DNA of 61,542 bases, from contig JAYVKG010000028.1 in NCBI GenBank assembly GCA_043768625.1, positions 1 to 61,542 of the forward strand, in the 5' to 3' direction. Position numbers and translations under genes: made by a program. How positions within the stretch are numbered: the first letter of the stretch is position 1; each line of letters begins with the position of its first letter. Under the pieces are notes generated by a model. The model was not told where the DNA came from and made no database searches. It saw only the letters and a list, made by a program, of their open reading frames with translations. Below are positions 18,893 to 28,754 of this stretch, one piece after another. Origin of the DNA: Betaproteobacteria bacterium. Its GTDB lineage: Bacteria; Pseudomonadota; Gammaproteobacteria; Burkholderiales; Usitatibacteraceae.

Positions 18893-20095
18893 CTAAATAA
18901 TTCCCCGCTTCTTCAAATCATCCTGCGCGCTTGTGTCATAGCCGATTTCACTCAACACTTCCGCGGTATGCGCCCCCAGCTTCGGACCGATCCATTTGGT
19001 CCCGCCCGGCGTCGCGGACAGTTTCGGTACAATCCCCGGTAACCACAGGTCTTCATTATCGCCGAGTTTATGTTTTTCGATCATGTCACGCGCCTGATAC
19101 TGCATGTCTGCGGCGATGTCGGCGATCGAATAAATACGCCCCGAAGGCACATCGGCTTTGCCCAGCACAGCCAGCACATTGGTCAACGTGTTCGCACCCG
19201 TCCACGCGCCGATCGCGCTGTCGAGTTTTTCGGTGCGCGCCGTTCGTCCCGCATTGTCGGCTACGCCTGCGTCATTCGCCAAATCGCTGCGCCCAATGGC
19301 CGTCATCATCCGTTTAAAAATAGAATCGCCGTTGGCACCGATCACCACATACTGCCCGTCACTACATAGATAGGTGTTTGAGGGCACGATGCCGGGAAGC
19401 GAGGATCCGGTACGTTCGCGCACAAAACCACCCATGCCAAATTCGGGCAGCATCGATTCCATCAGCGAAAATACTGCTTCGTACAAAGCCACGTCCACCA
19501 TTTGCCCCATACCGGTTTTGTGACGATGATGCAACGCCATCAGCGCGCCCATTGCGCCGTACATTGCCGCCAGTGAATCGCCAAGCGAAATGCCGACACG
19601 CACCGGCGCGCGATCCGGGTAACCGGTAAGGTAGCGGATGCCGCCCATCGATTCGCCAATGGCGCCAAAGCCGACCCGATCCTTATACGGCCCGGTCTGG
19701 CCAAAGCCGGACAATCGCACCATGATGAGTTTGGGGTTGATTTTTGCCAGCGCATCAAAGCCCAGATTCCATTTTTCGAGCGTGCCTGGGCGAAAATTTT
19801 CAACAATGATATCGGCATCGCGTGCGAGTTTCCCGACAATTTCCTGTCCTTCCTTCTCGCGCAGGTTCACCGTGACCGACTTTTTGTTTCGCGCCTGCGC
19901 GTACCACCAAAGGCTGGTGCCTTCATGCAGCTTTCGCCACTTGCGCAAGGGATCGCCCTCAACCGGCGTTTCGATCTTGATGACTTCAGCACCAAATTCG
20001 GCAAGCAGCCGCCCGCAAAATGGACCTGCAATCAGCGTGCCCATCTCCAGCACTTTGAGGCCGTCCAGCGGCATCGGTTTTGATGAATCCCGCAT
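18893..20095 (-). CDS. Family III (CaiB/BaiF) CoA-transferase
   Basis: 400 aa. L.GLKVLEMGTLIAGPFCGRLLAEFGAEVIKIE N-terminus and ENFRPGT motif, typical of the family. Confidence 0.88.
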   Translation of the reverse strand: MRDSSKPMPLDGLKVLEMGTLIAGPFCGRLLAEFGAEVIKIETPVEGDPLRKWRKLHEGTSLWWYAQARNKKSVTVNLREKEGQEIVGKLARDADIIVENFRPGTLEKWNLGFDALAKINPKLIMVRLSGFGQTGPYKDRVGFGAIGESMGGIRYLTGYPDRAPVRVGISLGDSLAAMYGAMGALMALHHRHKTGMGQMVDVALYEAVFSLMESMLPEFGMGGFVRERTGSSLPGIVPSNTYLCSDGQYVVIGANGDSIFKRMMTAIGRSDLANDAGVADNAGRTARTEKLDSAIGAWTGANTLTNVLAVLGKADVPSGRIYSIADIAADMQYQARDMIEKHKLGDNEDLWLPGIVPKLSATPGGTKWIGPKLGAHTAEVLSEIGYDTSAQDDLKKRGII

Positions 20096-20132
20096 TTCGC
20101 TACCCCACCGGAAAATCGTGTCTGTTGAATTA

Positions 20133-21416
20133 CTACATCAAGGCAAACATCGCCACTACCGCAGTCGCCATCACCAACGTGGCGAACCAGCCGAGCACCT
20201 TCAGTTTGCGTCTCACCACAAACTCGCCCATCACCGCCGGCTTCGCGGCGAGCAACATCATGACCACCATGATTGGTACCGAGATCACCCCGTTCACAAT
20301 CGCGGCCCATAACAACGTCTTGATCGAATCCAGGCCAGAGAACACGATACCCACACCAAGCAGTGTTGCGATGCTCAATATCGCATAAAAGCCACGCGCC
20401 TCCGCCAGCGGTAATCCTAAACCAATCGGCCAGCGAAAGCTCTCCGCGACGGCGTAAGCAGCCGAGCCTGCCAATACCGGAATCGCCAGTAAGCCGGTGC
20501 CGACGATCCCCATGGCAAACAGCAGGAATGCAAAGTCGCCCGCTAGAGGCTTTAACGCCTCGGCCGCTTGTGAAGAAGATTGGATATCAGTGATGCCGGC
20601 TGCATGCAGGGTGACGGCCGTGGTGAGCATGATGCAAAAAGCAATCAGGTTGGAAAACGTCATGCCGATATAGGTATCAAACTTGATGCGCCTGAAGTTG
20701 GCGCGCGCTTGTTGGGGTGCCAAGATCAAGGGCTCGTCGCCCGGCGTGGCGCGCTGCTCTTCGACCTCCTGGGAGGCCTGCCAGAAAAAGAGGTACGGGC
20801 TGATGGTGGTACCGAGAACCGCGACCAGCAGCGCCGCATACTCGCGATTAAAAAAAAGCTGTGGGAGCAGCGCGCCACTGATCGCCTCTTCGAGCGGAAC
20901 GTGGACTACCAGTACCGTGCCAACGTAAGCAAACAGGGCCAGCGTAAGCCATTTCAGAAAAGGCGAATAACGCGGAAAGGGGATGAAAATCTGCAGCACC
21001 AGCGAAACCAGCGCGAACAAGACAACATAAATCGCGCTCTTGCCACCGATCAACAATTTCAGCGCGGCGCCCATGGCACCCAGATCAGCCGCAATGTTGA
21101 TGGTATTGGCGACCAGCAATAATGAGACTATAAAATAAAGCAACCATTTCGGAAAATGTTCGCGGATATTTGCCGCCAACCCGTGCCCGGTGACACGACC
21201 GATGCGCGCACTGACGATCTGAATGCCGATCATTAAAGGTGTTGTGAACAGCACACTCCACAGTAGACTGTAACCGTACTGTGCACCGGCTTGGGAATAG
21301 GTGGCGATGCCTGACGGATCATCATCTGCGGCACCCGTGATCAAACCGGGGCCCAGTCTTTTCAGGAGCGGAACATCAGGCTGGTGGTCGTCGGCGACTT
21401 CGTGTGGCTTGGTCAT
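20133..21416 (-). CDS. Nramp-family divalent metal cation transporter
   Basis: 427 aa, about 11 TM, GPGLITGAADDDPSGIATYSQAGAQ motif. Confidence 0.85.
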   Translation of the reverse strand: MTKPHEVADDHQPDVPLLKRLGPGLITGAADDDPSGIATYSQAGAQYGYSLLWSVLFTTPLMIGIQIVSARIGRVTGHGLAANIREHFPKWLLYFIVSLLLVANTINIAADLGAMGAALKLLIGGKSAIYVVLFALVSLVLQIFIPFPRYSPFLKWLTLALFAYVGTVLVVHVPLEEAISGALLPQLFFNREYAALLVAVLGTTISPYLFFWQASQEVEEQRATPGDEPLILAPQQARANFRRIKFDTYIGMTFSNLIAFCIMLTTAVTLHAAGITDIQSSSQAAEALKPLAGDFAFLLFAMGIVGTGLLAIPVLAGSAAYAVAESFRWPIGLGLPLAEARGFYAILSIATLLGVGIVFSGLDSIKTLLWAAIVNGVISVPIMVVMMLLAAKPAVMGEFVVRRKLKVLGWFATLVMATAVVAMFALM

Positions 21417-21502
21417 TGCACTCTGCCAATTCAGGCCTTAATTATCGCACCGCTGACTGGCATTGCGTGGACGGTGGCATTCAAAACCCGATTGCCTAAT
21501 AT

Positions 21503-23875
21503 CTACTGCGAAGCTTGCTCGCCCACCCGACGCCAGCGTTTGAGCAACAACGCATTCGACACCACACTGACGCTGCTGAACGCCATCGCCGCACCGGCGA
21601 TGACCGGATTTAGTAACCCCAACGCCGCCGCTGGAATGCCGACCACGTTGTAAATGGATGCCCAGAATAAATTTTGCCGAATCTTGGCGTAGGTGCGGCG
21701 GGAAATTTCGATGGCATCGGCCACCAGCGCCGGATCGCCTCGCATCAAGGTGATGCTGGCTGCGTGCATGGCGACATCAGTGCCGGTGGACATGGCAATG
21801 CCGACATCCGCAGCAGCAAGCGCGGGCGCATCGTTGATGCCGTCGCCCACCATGCTTACAACGTCACCGTTGGCTTTTAATTCGCCAATTATTCTTGCCT
21901 TATCCGCGGGCAACACCTCCGCCCGCACATCGTCAATCCCCAATTGGCGCCCAACTGCATTAGCACTGCCGGGATTATCACCGCTCAGCATCACACAATG
22001 CACGCCGAGCGCGCGCAGGCATTCAATCGCGGTTTTCGCGGTTGGCTTTACGCTATCGCCAAACCCCAGCAAGCCTACCACCCGCGGAGTCGAGCCAACA
22101 AGTAGCAGCCATGATACCGTGCGGCCGACAGCCTGCAAACGTTCAGATGCTGCTATCGCCAACGGCGGCAGTTCAGCGATCAATTCACGCGCATAACGCG
22201 TGCTGGCAATGACATATCGCGCGCCGTCGACGTTCGCCATCACGCCGCGACCAACTATCGCCTTCACGTCGGTCGCAGTTGATGTCTCGATCGATTCGGC
22301 GATGGCCGCCTGGACAACTGCATGCGCCAGCGGATGTTCGCTGCCTCGCTGTATTGCGGCGGCCAACCGGATGAGCGACACGCGATTGCCGTCCATGGCG
22401 ATAGCGTCGGTCAGGGTCGGTCGCCCGACAGTCAAAGTACCGGTCTTGTCAAACGCGACCACGTTGATGCGGTGCGCAACTTCAAGTGCCACCGCATCCT
22501 TGATCAGAATGCCGTGGCGCGCGGCGGCACCGGTGCCGACCATGATCGCCGTCGGCGTTGCAAGACCAAGCGCACAAGGGCACGCGATCACCAGTACCGC
22601 AACGGCATTCAATAGTCCCGCCTGCCAGTAGCCCGTAAAAAATCCCCAGCTAAGCCAGGTAAGCAGTGCCATGCCGAGCACCACCGGCACAAATACCGCA
22701 CTGACGCGATCCACCAGCCGCTGGATTGGCGCTTTCTCGGCTTGCGCTGATTCAACCAATCTTACAATCCGCGCCAACGTGCTCTCCGCGCCAACGCGAA
22801 CCGCTTTCACCAGCAATAGGCCTTCGCCATTCACCGCGCCGCCTGTAACGTGATCGCCCACCCGCTTGGCGAGAGGCAAACTTTCACCGGTGATAAGCGA
22901 CTCGTCGACGTGGCTTTCGCCTTCAATCACTTCGCCGTCAACCGCGATCCGTTCACCAGGCTTGGCCAGCACCAAGTCGTTAATCTGCACAGCCGAAAGT
23001 GCAACGTCGGTATCAACGCCATCTTTGCGCAGCGTCGCACGCTCAGGTTTTAAAGCATTGAGTGCACGAATCGCGCCGGTCGTTTGACGTTTGGCGCGCA
23101 CCTCAAGCCACTTGCCCAACAGCACCAGCGTGATCACAACAGCGGAGGCTTCAAAGTAGAGATGCACCGTCGCACCAATTGGAGCAGTCAGCCATTGATA
23201 GACGCTTAAGCCGTATGCCGCACTGGTGCCCAATGCAACCAGCAAGTCCATATTGCCGGTTTTCGCGCGCAGTGCTTTCCAACCGGCGCGATAAAAACGC
23301 GCGCCAAGAATAAATTGCACCGGTGTGGCCAATAAAAACTGCAGCCAGCCGGCCAACATCCAGGACCTGCCGAACGTTGCGCCGAGCATCGGTACCATCA
23401 GCGGAAAACTTAGCAGCGCGGCGAGGATAACGGGCAGCGCGGGATTGATGAACGAGGCAGGTTGGGATGCCGATGCCTCTACCGTGGTGGCGTCGTACCC
23501 GGCGCGTTTAACGGCATCGATCAGTGCGCTGACGTTCAATGCACCGGTGGCAACCTGCACGGAAGCGCGCTCGGTGGCCAGATTCACCACCGCGTTCAGT
23601 ACGCCGGGCACCTTAACGAGCGCCTGTTCAACGCGACCGACGCAGGATGCGCAGGTCATACCGACAATGTGCAGAGGCATCGCCTGTGTGGTGACACCGT
23701 AGCCGGCTTTTTCGATTGCATTGATTACCCTGTGCAGGTCGATCGGCGCGAGCGGGGTCAGGGTGGCGGTTTCGGTGGCGAGATTAACGGTCGCGGCGAT
23801 GACATCCGGCAGCGCCGCGAGCGCTTTTTCGACGCGTCCCACACAGGAGGCGCAAGTCATACCGGTGATATGCAT
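21503..23875 (-). CDS. copA: Copper-translocating P1B-type ATPase
   Basis: Two HMA domains ([12 protein letters not shown] twice), CPC ([11 protein letters not shown]), DKTGTLT and GDGINDAP. Start uncertain: ATG at 23875, or TTG at 23893 which would restore a full first beta-strand. The track ORF runs to 23995 and overlaps copZ. Confidence 0.9.
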   Translation of the reverse strand: MHITGMTCASCVGRVEKALAALPDVIAATVNLATETATLTPLAPIDLHRVINAIEKAGYGVTTQAMPLHIVGMTCASCVGRVEQALVKVPGVLNAVVNLATERASVQVATGALNVSALIDAVKRAGYDATTVEASASQPASFINPALPVILAALLSFPLMVPMLGATFGRSWMLAGWLQFLLATPVQFILGARFYRAGWKALRAKTGNMDLLVALGTSAAYGLSVYQWLTAPIGATVHLYFEASAVVITLVLLGKWLEVRAKRQTTGAIRALNALKPERATLRKDGVDTDVALSAVQINDLVLAKPGERIAVDGEVIEGESHVDESLITGESLPLAKRVGDHVTGGAVNGEGLLLVKAVRVGAESTLARIVRLVESAQAEKAPIQRLVDRVSAVFVPVVLGMALLTWLSWGFFTGYWQAGLLNAVAVLVIACPCALGLATPTAIMVGTGAAARHGILIKDAVALEVAHRINVVAFDKTGTLTVGRPTLTDAIAMDGNRVSLIRLAAAIQRGSEHPLAHAVVQAAIAESIETSTATDVKAIVGRGVMANVDGARYVIASTRYARELIAELPPLAIAASERLQAVGRTVSWLLLVGSTPRVVGLLGFGDSVKPTAKTAIECLRALGVHCVMLSGDNPGSANAVGRQLGIDDVRAEVLPADKARIIGELKANGDVVSMVGDGINDAPALAAADVGIAMSTGTDVAMHAASITLMRGDPALVADAIEISRRTYAKIRQNLFWASIYNVVGIPAAALGLLNPVIAGAAMAFSSVSVVSNALLLKRWRRVGEQASQ

Positions 23876-23960
23876 GCTAATGGGCTTGTTCAATTTTTTT
23901 CGCGGTTCAAGCGCTCGCCAACTGCACTCGCGCCGCTGCCGGCGGAGAGCCTTAAAACTT

Positions 23961-24233
23961 CTATGCCATCGCCGGGTGAAAGCCAGCCCGCGCAATCAGC
24001 GCGATCAACGCATCGGGTTTGATCACGCTTTCGATCTTGACGCGTTTGTTTGCGACGTCAGCAGCTACGCTGGCATTCGGATCCAGGCCTTTCACCACGC
24101 GGGTGATGCTGGCTACGCAGCCTCCGCAGGTCATGTCGTTAATGGTCAGTTCAATCACATTTTGCTCCGGTGCAGGCTGCGTCGGTTGACGCATCGTTTG
24201 AATCACAGATGGGGATGAAACTGCAAACTCCAA
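23961..24233 (-). CDS. copZ: HMA-domain copper chaperone (CopZ-like)
   Basis: [21 protein letters not shown] ferredoxin-like HMA fold. The track start is a TTG; an internal ATG at 24194 is an alternative. Confidence 0.75.
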   Translation of the reverse strand: MEFAVSSPSVIQTMRQPTQPAPEQNVIELTINDMTCGGCVASITRVVKGLDPNASVAADVANKRVKIESVIKPDALIALIARAGFHPAMA

Positions 24234-24311
24234 TAGGGCCGGGCTTCACAGACCAAAAATGCCCGTCAATGCCCGCCAAACGGCAATCTGCGTAAATGGT
24301 GGATAGGCTGA

Positions 24312-24812
24312 TTAAACATTTCCGTTCAGTGCCAACAGCGCAATATTCAGCAAAGTGGCAAATGATACCCACGTGAAATACGGCACCAGCAGCGCGGCGG
24401 CAGCTTTGTTCAGCGGACGAAATCGCCAGATGGTGACGGCAATGGCAATCAGCATCAATACGATCACTGTCAGTCCACCTGCCAGCGAATGTGCGCCAAA
24501 AAAAACCGGCGTCCACGCGGCGTTCAAGGCAAGTTGCACGCCAAACTGGCGCAACGCCTGTTTGCGTTCAACCGAATCCGGCACGCACCAGACCAGCCAG
24601 GCGGCCAAACCCATTGCAACATATAGCACCGTCCATACCGGCGCGAACCAGCCTGCGGGCGGGTTGAAGAATGGCTTATCGAGCGACAGGTACCAGGTGC
24701 CGGGCTTAAATAACAACCCGGTGATGACGCCGACCGCCATGCAGAGCGTGACCCATCCGGCCAAGGCGGGCCAGCGATGACGACGGGCAATTGCGAGAAA
24801 AGGTGCCTCCAA
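24312..24812 (-). CDS. tspO: TspO/MBR family tryptophan-rich sensory protein
   Basis: 166 aa, 5 TM, Trp-rich (KP.F.PP..FAPVWTVLY..MG.A). Confidence 0.85.
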   Translation of the reverse strand: MEAPFLAIARRHRWPALAGWVTLCMAVGVITGLLFKPGTWYLSLDKPFFNPPAGWFAPVWTVLYVAMGLAAWLVWCVPDSVERKQALRQFGVQLALNAAWTPVFFGAHSLAGGLTVIVLMLIAIAVTIWRFRPLNKAAAALLVPYFTWVSFATLLNIALLALNGNV

Positions 24813-24897
24813 ATTGATACACTCGCTTAACAGGTCGAATTAATTAATTATCGTTTTATGACTAAAATTTTATAGAAACTAGCGTCGGAAATTTTTG

Positions 24898-26169
24898 TCA
24901 TCGCGCGAGAAATTCTGCAACCGCTTCCCAACCCGGCATCTGATCGGCAAATTTTTTGGTGATGATGAGCATTGGCACCGCCAACAACAAGCCCCCCACG
25001 CCCCACAACCACCCCCAGACCAGAAGAGCCACAAAGACAATGGTGGGATTGAGCGCCAGACGCTTGCCCACCAATAGCGGATTGATTAACTGCCCTTCGA
25101 TAAATGTAATGCCGACAAAACAGGACATGAGCAGCAGTGCCTGGCCGGTGGATTCGGTGAACGCCATGCCGGCCAGCAGCAGCAACACCGCGCTGGCGCC
25201 GGCACCGATGTAAGGTACAAAATTTAGCAGGGCCACCAGGGCGCCCCAGAACCACGGCATGGGCAAGCCAAACCCCCATGTCAGCAGCATGACCGCAAAA
25301 CCCAGGCCAAGATTAATCATGCTCACACTGGCGTAATAAGTTGCCACTTCTCGTTGCACCGTCCGCACCACAGTGACCGCACGCACCTTGTCGCGGACGC
25401 TGGGTAGCACCCGCACAAGTTTGGTCAGAAAAAGATCACCGGAGGAGAGCAAAAAATACGCCAGAAGCATGGCGCTGACGGCCGAAACAATGAAGCTTTG
25501 CGCCAACATTAATACTGCGCCTGTCATGGTGATTCCCTGGGCGGCGGCTTGCTTGGTCAAATCCGCGCCATCGCGTGGCGCAAGCCAGCTGCCAAGGCGG
25601 AAACTGCGCACCCAAGCGAGCAACTCTGCCAACAGATTCTGTACCTGCATGGGCAACTCGGAAAGCACATCCCAGGCCGGCAATACCAACAATTCAATGC
25701 CCATCCCCAATATACCGACCATGGCAAACATGACGAGTGCGGCACCGATTGGCTCGGGTATGCGCAGACGCGATAATTTTTCTACGACCGGCGCCAGCAC
25801 CACCGCCAGTATCATGCCGAATAATATTGGCATTAAAACTGCGCGTCCCAAGTAAATGGCCATGACCAGCGCCAGCGCGAACAGACCCACTACGGGTAAA
25901 GCGCCGCGACTGCGCGTGCGCGCCACGCCAACTGAAGGCAATTCGCCTTTATTCACTACCGACTCGACCGCCATGGCGATTTGCGCCGTTACGTGCGCGG
26001 GTATATCGGCGGAGGTCGTGTCTTCAGTGGGCAGCGGATGGGGCAACGCGGCGGTGACGTCGGCGGCAATTATCGTCGCTACCGTGTCGACGATTTCGGG
26101 TGACGAAATGGTAGCAGCGGCGCTCCGGTCAGCGACCGGCATCAAGCAAGCCTGCCAAATCGTCGGCAT
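24898..26169 (-). CDS. AI-2E family (PerM/YhhT, UPF0118) transporter
   Basis: Multi-TM body with the conserved C-terminal region (FVPYIGA.., LLWGWLWGVGGLLLAVP). The first ~65 aa are low-complexity and overlap the ferritin-like gene by 41 nt. The true start may be the internal ATG at 25974. Confidence 0.8.
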   Translation of the reverse strand: MPTIWQACLMPVADRSAAATISSPEIVDTVATIIAADVTAALPHPLPTEDTTSADIPAHVTAQIAMAVESVVNKGELPSVGVARTRSRGALPVVGLFALALVMAIYLGRAVLMPILFGMILAVVLAPVVEKLSRLRIPEPIGAALVMFAMVGILGMGIELLVLPAWDVLSELPMQVQNLLAELLAWVRSFRLGSWLAPRDGADLTKQAAAQGITMTGAVLMLAQSFIVSAVSAMLLAYFLLSSGDLFLTKLVRVLPSVRDKVRAVTVVRTVQREVATYYASVSMINLGLGFAVMLLTWGFGLPMPWFWGALVALLNFVPYIGAGASAVLLLLAGMAFTESTGQALLLMSCFVGITFIEGQLINPLLVGKRLALNPTIVFVALLVWGWLWGVGGLLLAVPMLIITKKFADQMPGWEAVAEFLAR

Positions 26170-26695
26170 GCTCCTCTTCTACCGCCAGAATCCACGTGAT
26201 CATTCTGCGCGTAGTAGGGTCGTCGCTGCCGATTACCTCGAGCATTTCCCGGTAACTATCGATGGCGATGCGTTCGGCAACAAGGTCTTCCTTGATCATG
26301 TCGACCAATGTTTTGCCCGGCACGTATTCGGCGTGACTGCGTTTTGTCAGGGTATCGGGTGAAAAATCAGGCTCGCCGCCTAATTGCACAATGCGCTTGG
26401 CAATCGCATCCGCATGCTCCTCTTCCTCCTTTGCATGTTCCAGAAATTCAACTGCCACACTTTCCGCGTGCACGCCGGTCGCCATGAAATAGTGTCGTTT
26501 GTAACGCAACATGCAAACGATTTCAGTCGCCAGCGCGTCATTCAACATCTTGATGACTTGTTCGCGATTGGCGGCATAGCCGACCGTTACCGCACCCTCC
26601 TCGATTTTGCGCCTTGCGTTGGCACGCAGCGTGGCGGTACTGCTCATCGTGGGTTTGCTGTTTGCTGGCTTCTTTTCAGTAGCTACGTGTTTCAT
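26129..26695 (-). CDS. Ferritin-like (bacterioferritin/Dps superfamily) protein
   Basis: Four-helix-bundle di-iron pattern (LNDALATEI.., EFLEHAKEEEEHADAIAKRI, ..EEEHADDL). Confidence 0.8.
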   Translation of the reverse strand: MKHVATEKKPANSKPTMSSTATLRANARRKIEEGAVTVGYAANREQVIKMLNDALATEIVCMLRYKRHYFMATGVHAESVAVEFLEHAKEEEEHADAIAKRIVQLGGEPDFSPDTLTKRSHAEYVPGKTLVDMIKEDLVAERIAIDSYREMLEVIGSDDPTTRRMITWILAVEEEHADDLAGLLDAGR

Positions 26696-27047
26696 TGTAT
26701 TTATCCCTGTTCCCTATTAATTTTGCAAGCGGGGTCAACAATGCGCCAATCCGCCTTACCCGATGTACGATGGAAAGCAAACTGATTGCGAGTGTTAAAA
26801 ATCGACGCCCACGATTCACCTGAGACGCAGCACTGAAGACCCATACCAAACCTGCGGCCAAAGCGGTAATTTTCAAAAGCTTCCATCCGCTCAAGATGGA
26901 ACGCTCGGTCTTTCTCAAATCTTCGGCCACCAATCGCCCCGCAATTGCTGTTTCCTCGCGTGCCGCTTGGATGCGCGTCAACAGCGCAGCGCGTCGCACT
27001 GTCAAGGGCAGAGCTACTTGCGGGTGGCCAACATTCGTCATCATCAA
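26676..27047 (-). CDS. YqjK-like small membrane protein
   Basis: Third gene after yqjD- and yqjE-like genes, with a 4-nt overlap. One or two TM segments and a basic C-terminus. Assigned mainly by position. Confidence 0.5.
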   Translation of the reverse strand: MMMTNVGHPQVALPLTVRRAALLTRIQAAREETAIAGRLVAEDLRKTERSILSGWKLLKITALAAGLVWVFSAASQVNRGRRFLTLAISLLSIVHRVRRIGALLTPLAKLIGNRDKYNETRSY

Positions 27048-27463
27048 CTTGGTGGTGCTGCTTCAACAAGCGCGGCGGCATCGCGCCGGAGCTCATGTGC
27101 GCTGGTCGAGAACAGCGTGGTCGACCGACGCAATTGTGCTGCCAGATAAAATGCGCCCGCTACGGTGAGTGCGGAAAATGTGCCCGCCAGGGTCATCGCA
27201 GCCGAGACGCGGTGAGGCGTATCCCAATAACACGCCAAAACCACAATCGCCACCAACACCAGTGAAATAATCAATAGCGCGCTCAATACCGCAGCACTGA
27301 TTGCCAACTGGACTAGCCGGGCTTTTTCTTCCTGAACCTCGATGGACAACAATTCGACCCGCATTGCCGCATGCTTGAGCACAGAAACGCCCAGTTGGCG
27401 TAGGTGCGACAGGAGCCCTTCGGCTCCAGTCGCAGGTGCCGAATTGGACGCATCTGCCTGCAT
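27044..27463 (-). CDS. YqjE-like (DUF1469, phage-holin-family) membrane protein
   Basis: Start re-called at the ATG at 27463 (MQADASNS..), 2 nt after the yqjD-like stop. Two long TM helices follow an amphipathic N-terminus, as in YqjE. Confidence 0.65.
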   Translation of the reverse strand: MQADASNSAPATGAEGLLSHLRQLGVSVLKHAAMRVELLSIEVQEEKARLVQLAISAAVLSALLIISLVLVAIVVLACYWDTPHRVSAAMTLAGTFSALTVAGAFYLAAQLRRSTTLFSTSAHELRRDAAALVEAAPPS

Positions 27464-27465
27464 TA

Positions 27466-27849
27466 TCAGTTCTCGCGACGCGACATGATGAGCATACCGA
27501 GAAGCAAGCCGACCCCGCCGGCGACGGCGACGGAAGTCCACGGATTGCCTTGGACATATTCATCGGTGACCGCGACAGCGCGCTTGGCTTGTTTGACGGT
27601 GGCGTCCTGCAACTCGGCATATTTGTTCTTGGCCACCGCAAGTTGCTCTTTGAACTTATCACGCGCGGCAATCAGCGCCTGGTCACCACCAGCGGTTGCA
27701 CTTTTGAACAAATTCTCACCTTCTGACAACAACGATTTGAAGTCACTCACTACCTGATCCTTCGACTCCACCAGATTGTGGGCTTTTTCGGTGACGCGAT
27801 CAAGACCGTCTGCGCCGTTGGATGAAACTTTCATTGGATTGGTATTCAT
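27466..27849 (-). CDS. ElaB/YqjD/DUF883 family membrane-anchored ribosome-binding protein
   Basis: Helical charged body ending in ..TDEYVQGNPWTSVAVAGGVGLLLGMLI, the characteristic C-terminal tail anchor. Confidence 0.85.
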   Translation of the reverse strand: MNTNPMKVSSNGADGLDRVTEKAHNLVESKDQVVSDFKSLLSEGENLFKSATAGGDQALIAARDKFKEQLAVAKNKYAELQDATVKQAKRAVAVTDEYVQGNPWTSVAVAGGVGLLLGMLIMSRREN

Positions 27850-27878
27850 ACAAACTCCTTAGTGGGTGGATGGAAAAA

Positions 27879-28046
27879 CTATTTACTGCGCTTCATCAGT
27901 CCGCCGACCAGGCTAACCAGGAACAACACCAGAAAAATGAAGAACAACACTTGGGCGATGCTCGAAGCACCGGCGGCGACACCGCCAAATCCAAGTAGCC
28001 CAGCAACGATGGCGATAATGAAAAAAACTGCTGCGTAATAAAGCAT
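27879..28046 (-). CDS. DUF1328 (UPF0391) small membrane protein
   Basis: 55 aa: [55 protein letters not shown], with GGAG 8 nt upstream. The track ORF (to 28256) is an upstream extension with no family resemblance. Confidence 0.8.
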   Translation of the reverse strand: MLYYAAVFFIIAIVAGLLGFGGVAAGASSIAQVLFFIFLVLFLVSLVGGLMKRSK

Positions 28047-28171
28047 TACTCGTCTCCGTACGTGGGATGGGTTGTCGACACAACGGGCACTTCGCACGAT
28101 CGCCTCGCGGTGCGGCAATAACCAGAGTACCGACGCCTCATTCAAAACCGCATCGGACGGTGGGCCTACAC

Positions 28172-28200
28172 AGTGTAGGACAGACGCCGATTTCTGTCTG
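28172..28200 (-). promoter_or_regulatory. Candidate stress-type (sigmaS-like) promoter of the DUF1328-yqjDEK operon
   Basis: On the minus strand: CAGACA, 17 nt, TACACT, with a C immediately upstream of the -10 (cCTACACT). About 125 nt upstream of the DUF1328 ATG. Shares TGTCCTACA with the region upstream of the LuxR-type regulator. Confidence 0.3.
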
Positions 28201-28216
28201 CTATGGGCGCGCCCCC

Positions 28217-28243
28217 AAAATAAAAATCCCGTCATAGCGGGAT
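28217..28243 (-). terminator. Rho-independent terminator after the CheY-like gene
   Basis: The minus strand reads atcccg-ctatga-cgggat followed by ttttatttt. It lies 30 nt downstream of the stop at 28274. Confidence 0.7.
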
Positions 28244-28273
28244 CAGCAACGGCCAACGCCTACACACCAAACC

Positions 28274-28747
28274 TCAATACGTCCGCATATTTTGCAAAGT
28301 CGAACGCACCCCGTCGTAGTCAGCGGACTTGTCGAAAAAATAATCCGCGCCCAACTGCATTGCGCGCCGCTTTATTTCCGGAAAGGCATGATTGGTAAAC
28401 ACGATCAGCTTCGGCTGCGGGCTGAGGTTTGACTTGCGCAGTTTTTCAATTACCGCCATTCCGCTGCCTTCGCGGAGCTTTAAATCGACAATCACCGCGT
28501 CCACTGGTTGTGCAAGTATATTTGCCACCGATTCGGCTTCTGTGTCTGCATAGCCGACTATTTCTATTTCACCTGGAACGTTCAGGAAATCCAGCAGCAG
28601 ATCCCGCACGTGCGGCGAGTCTTCAACGAGGTAAACCCGCACCGGGGAATTCTTCGCTACGCCTTCCATGGAACCAGGTCCTTGCAAAATTGTTGCCGAC
28701 GCGGAATTTTTGTCAACAATTTCCGAAGCTGACTGCCTTATGTTCAT
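28274..28747 (-). CDS. Single-domain (CheY-like) response regulator
   Basis: Receiver only (VYLVEDS.., AVIVDLKLREGSG, KLIVFTNH, K..). Possible internal start at MEGVAKN. 7 nt downstream of the LuxR-type regulator gene. Confidence 0.8.
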   Translation of the reverse strand: MNIRQSASEIVDKNSASATILQGPGSMEGVAKNSPVRVYLVEDSPHVRDLLLDFLNVPGEIEIVGYADTEAESVANILAQPVDAVIVDLKLREGSGMAVIEKLRKSNLSPQPKLIVFTNHAFPEIKRRAMQLGADYFFDKSADYDGVRSTLQNMRTY

Positions 28748-28754
28748 ACCACCG

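Noticed and set aside
24234-24311. Searched for a CueR/MerR-type operator (long-spacer promoter with a dyad) upstream of copZ-copA
   Set aside because: Only a TTGACG-like hexamer is present, with no dyad symmetry or 19-20 bp spacer promoter that I could see. No MerR-family gene is in the window.
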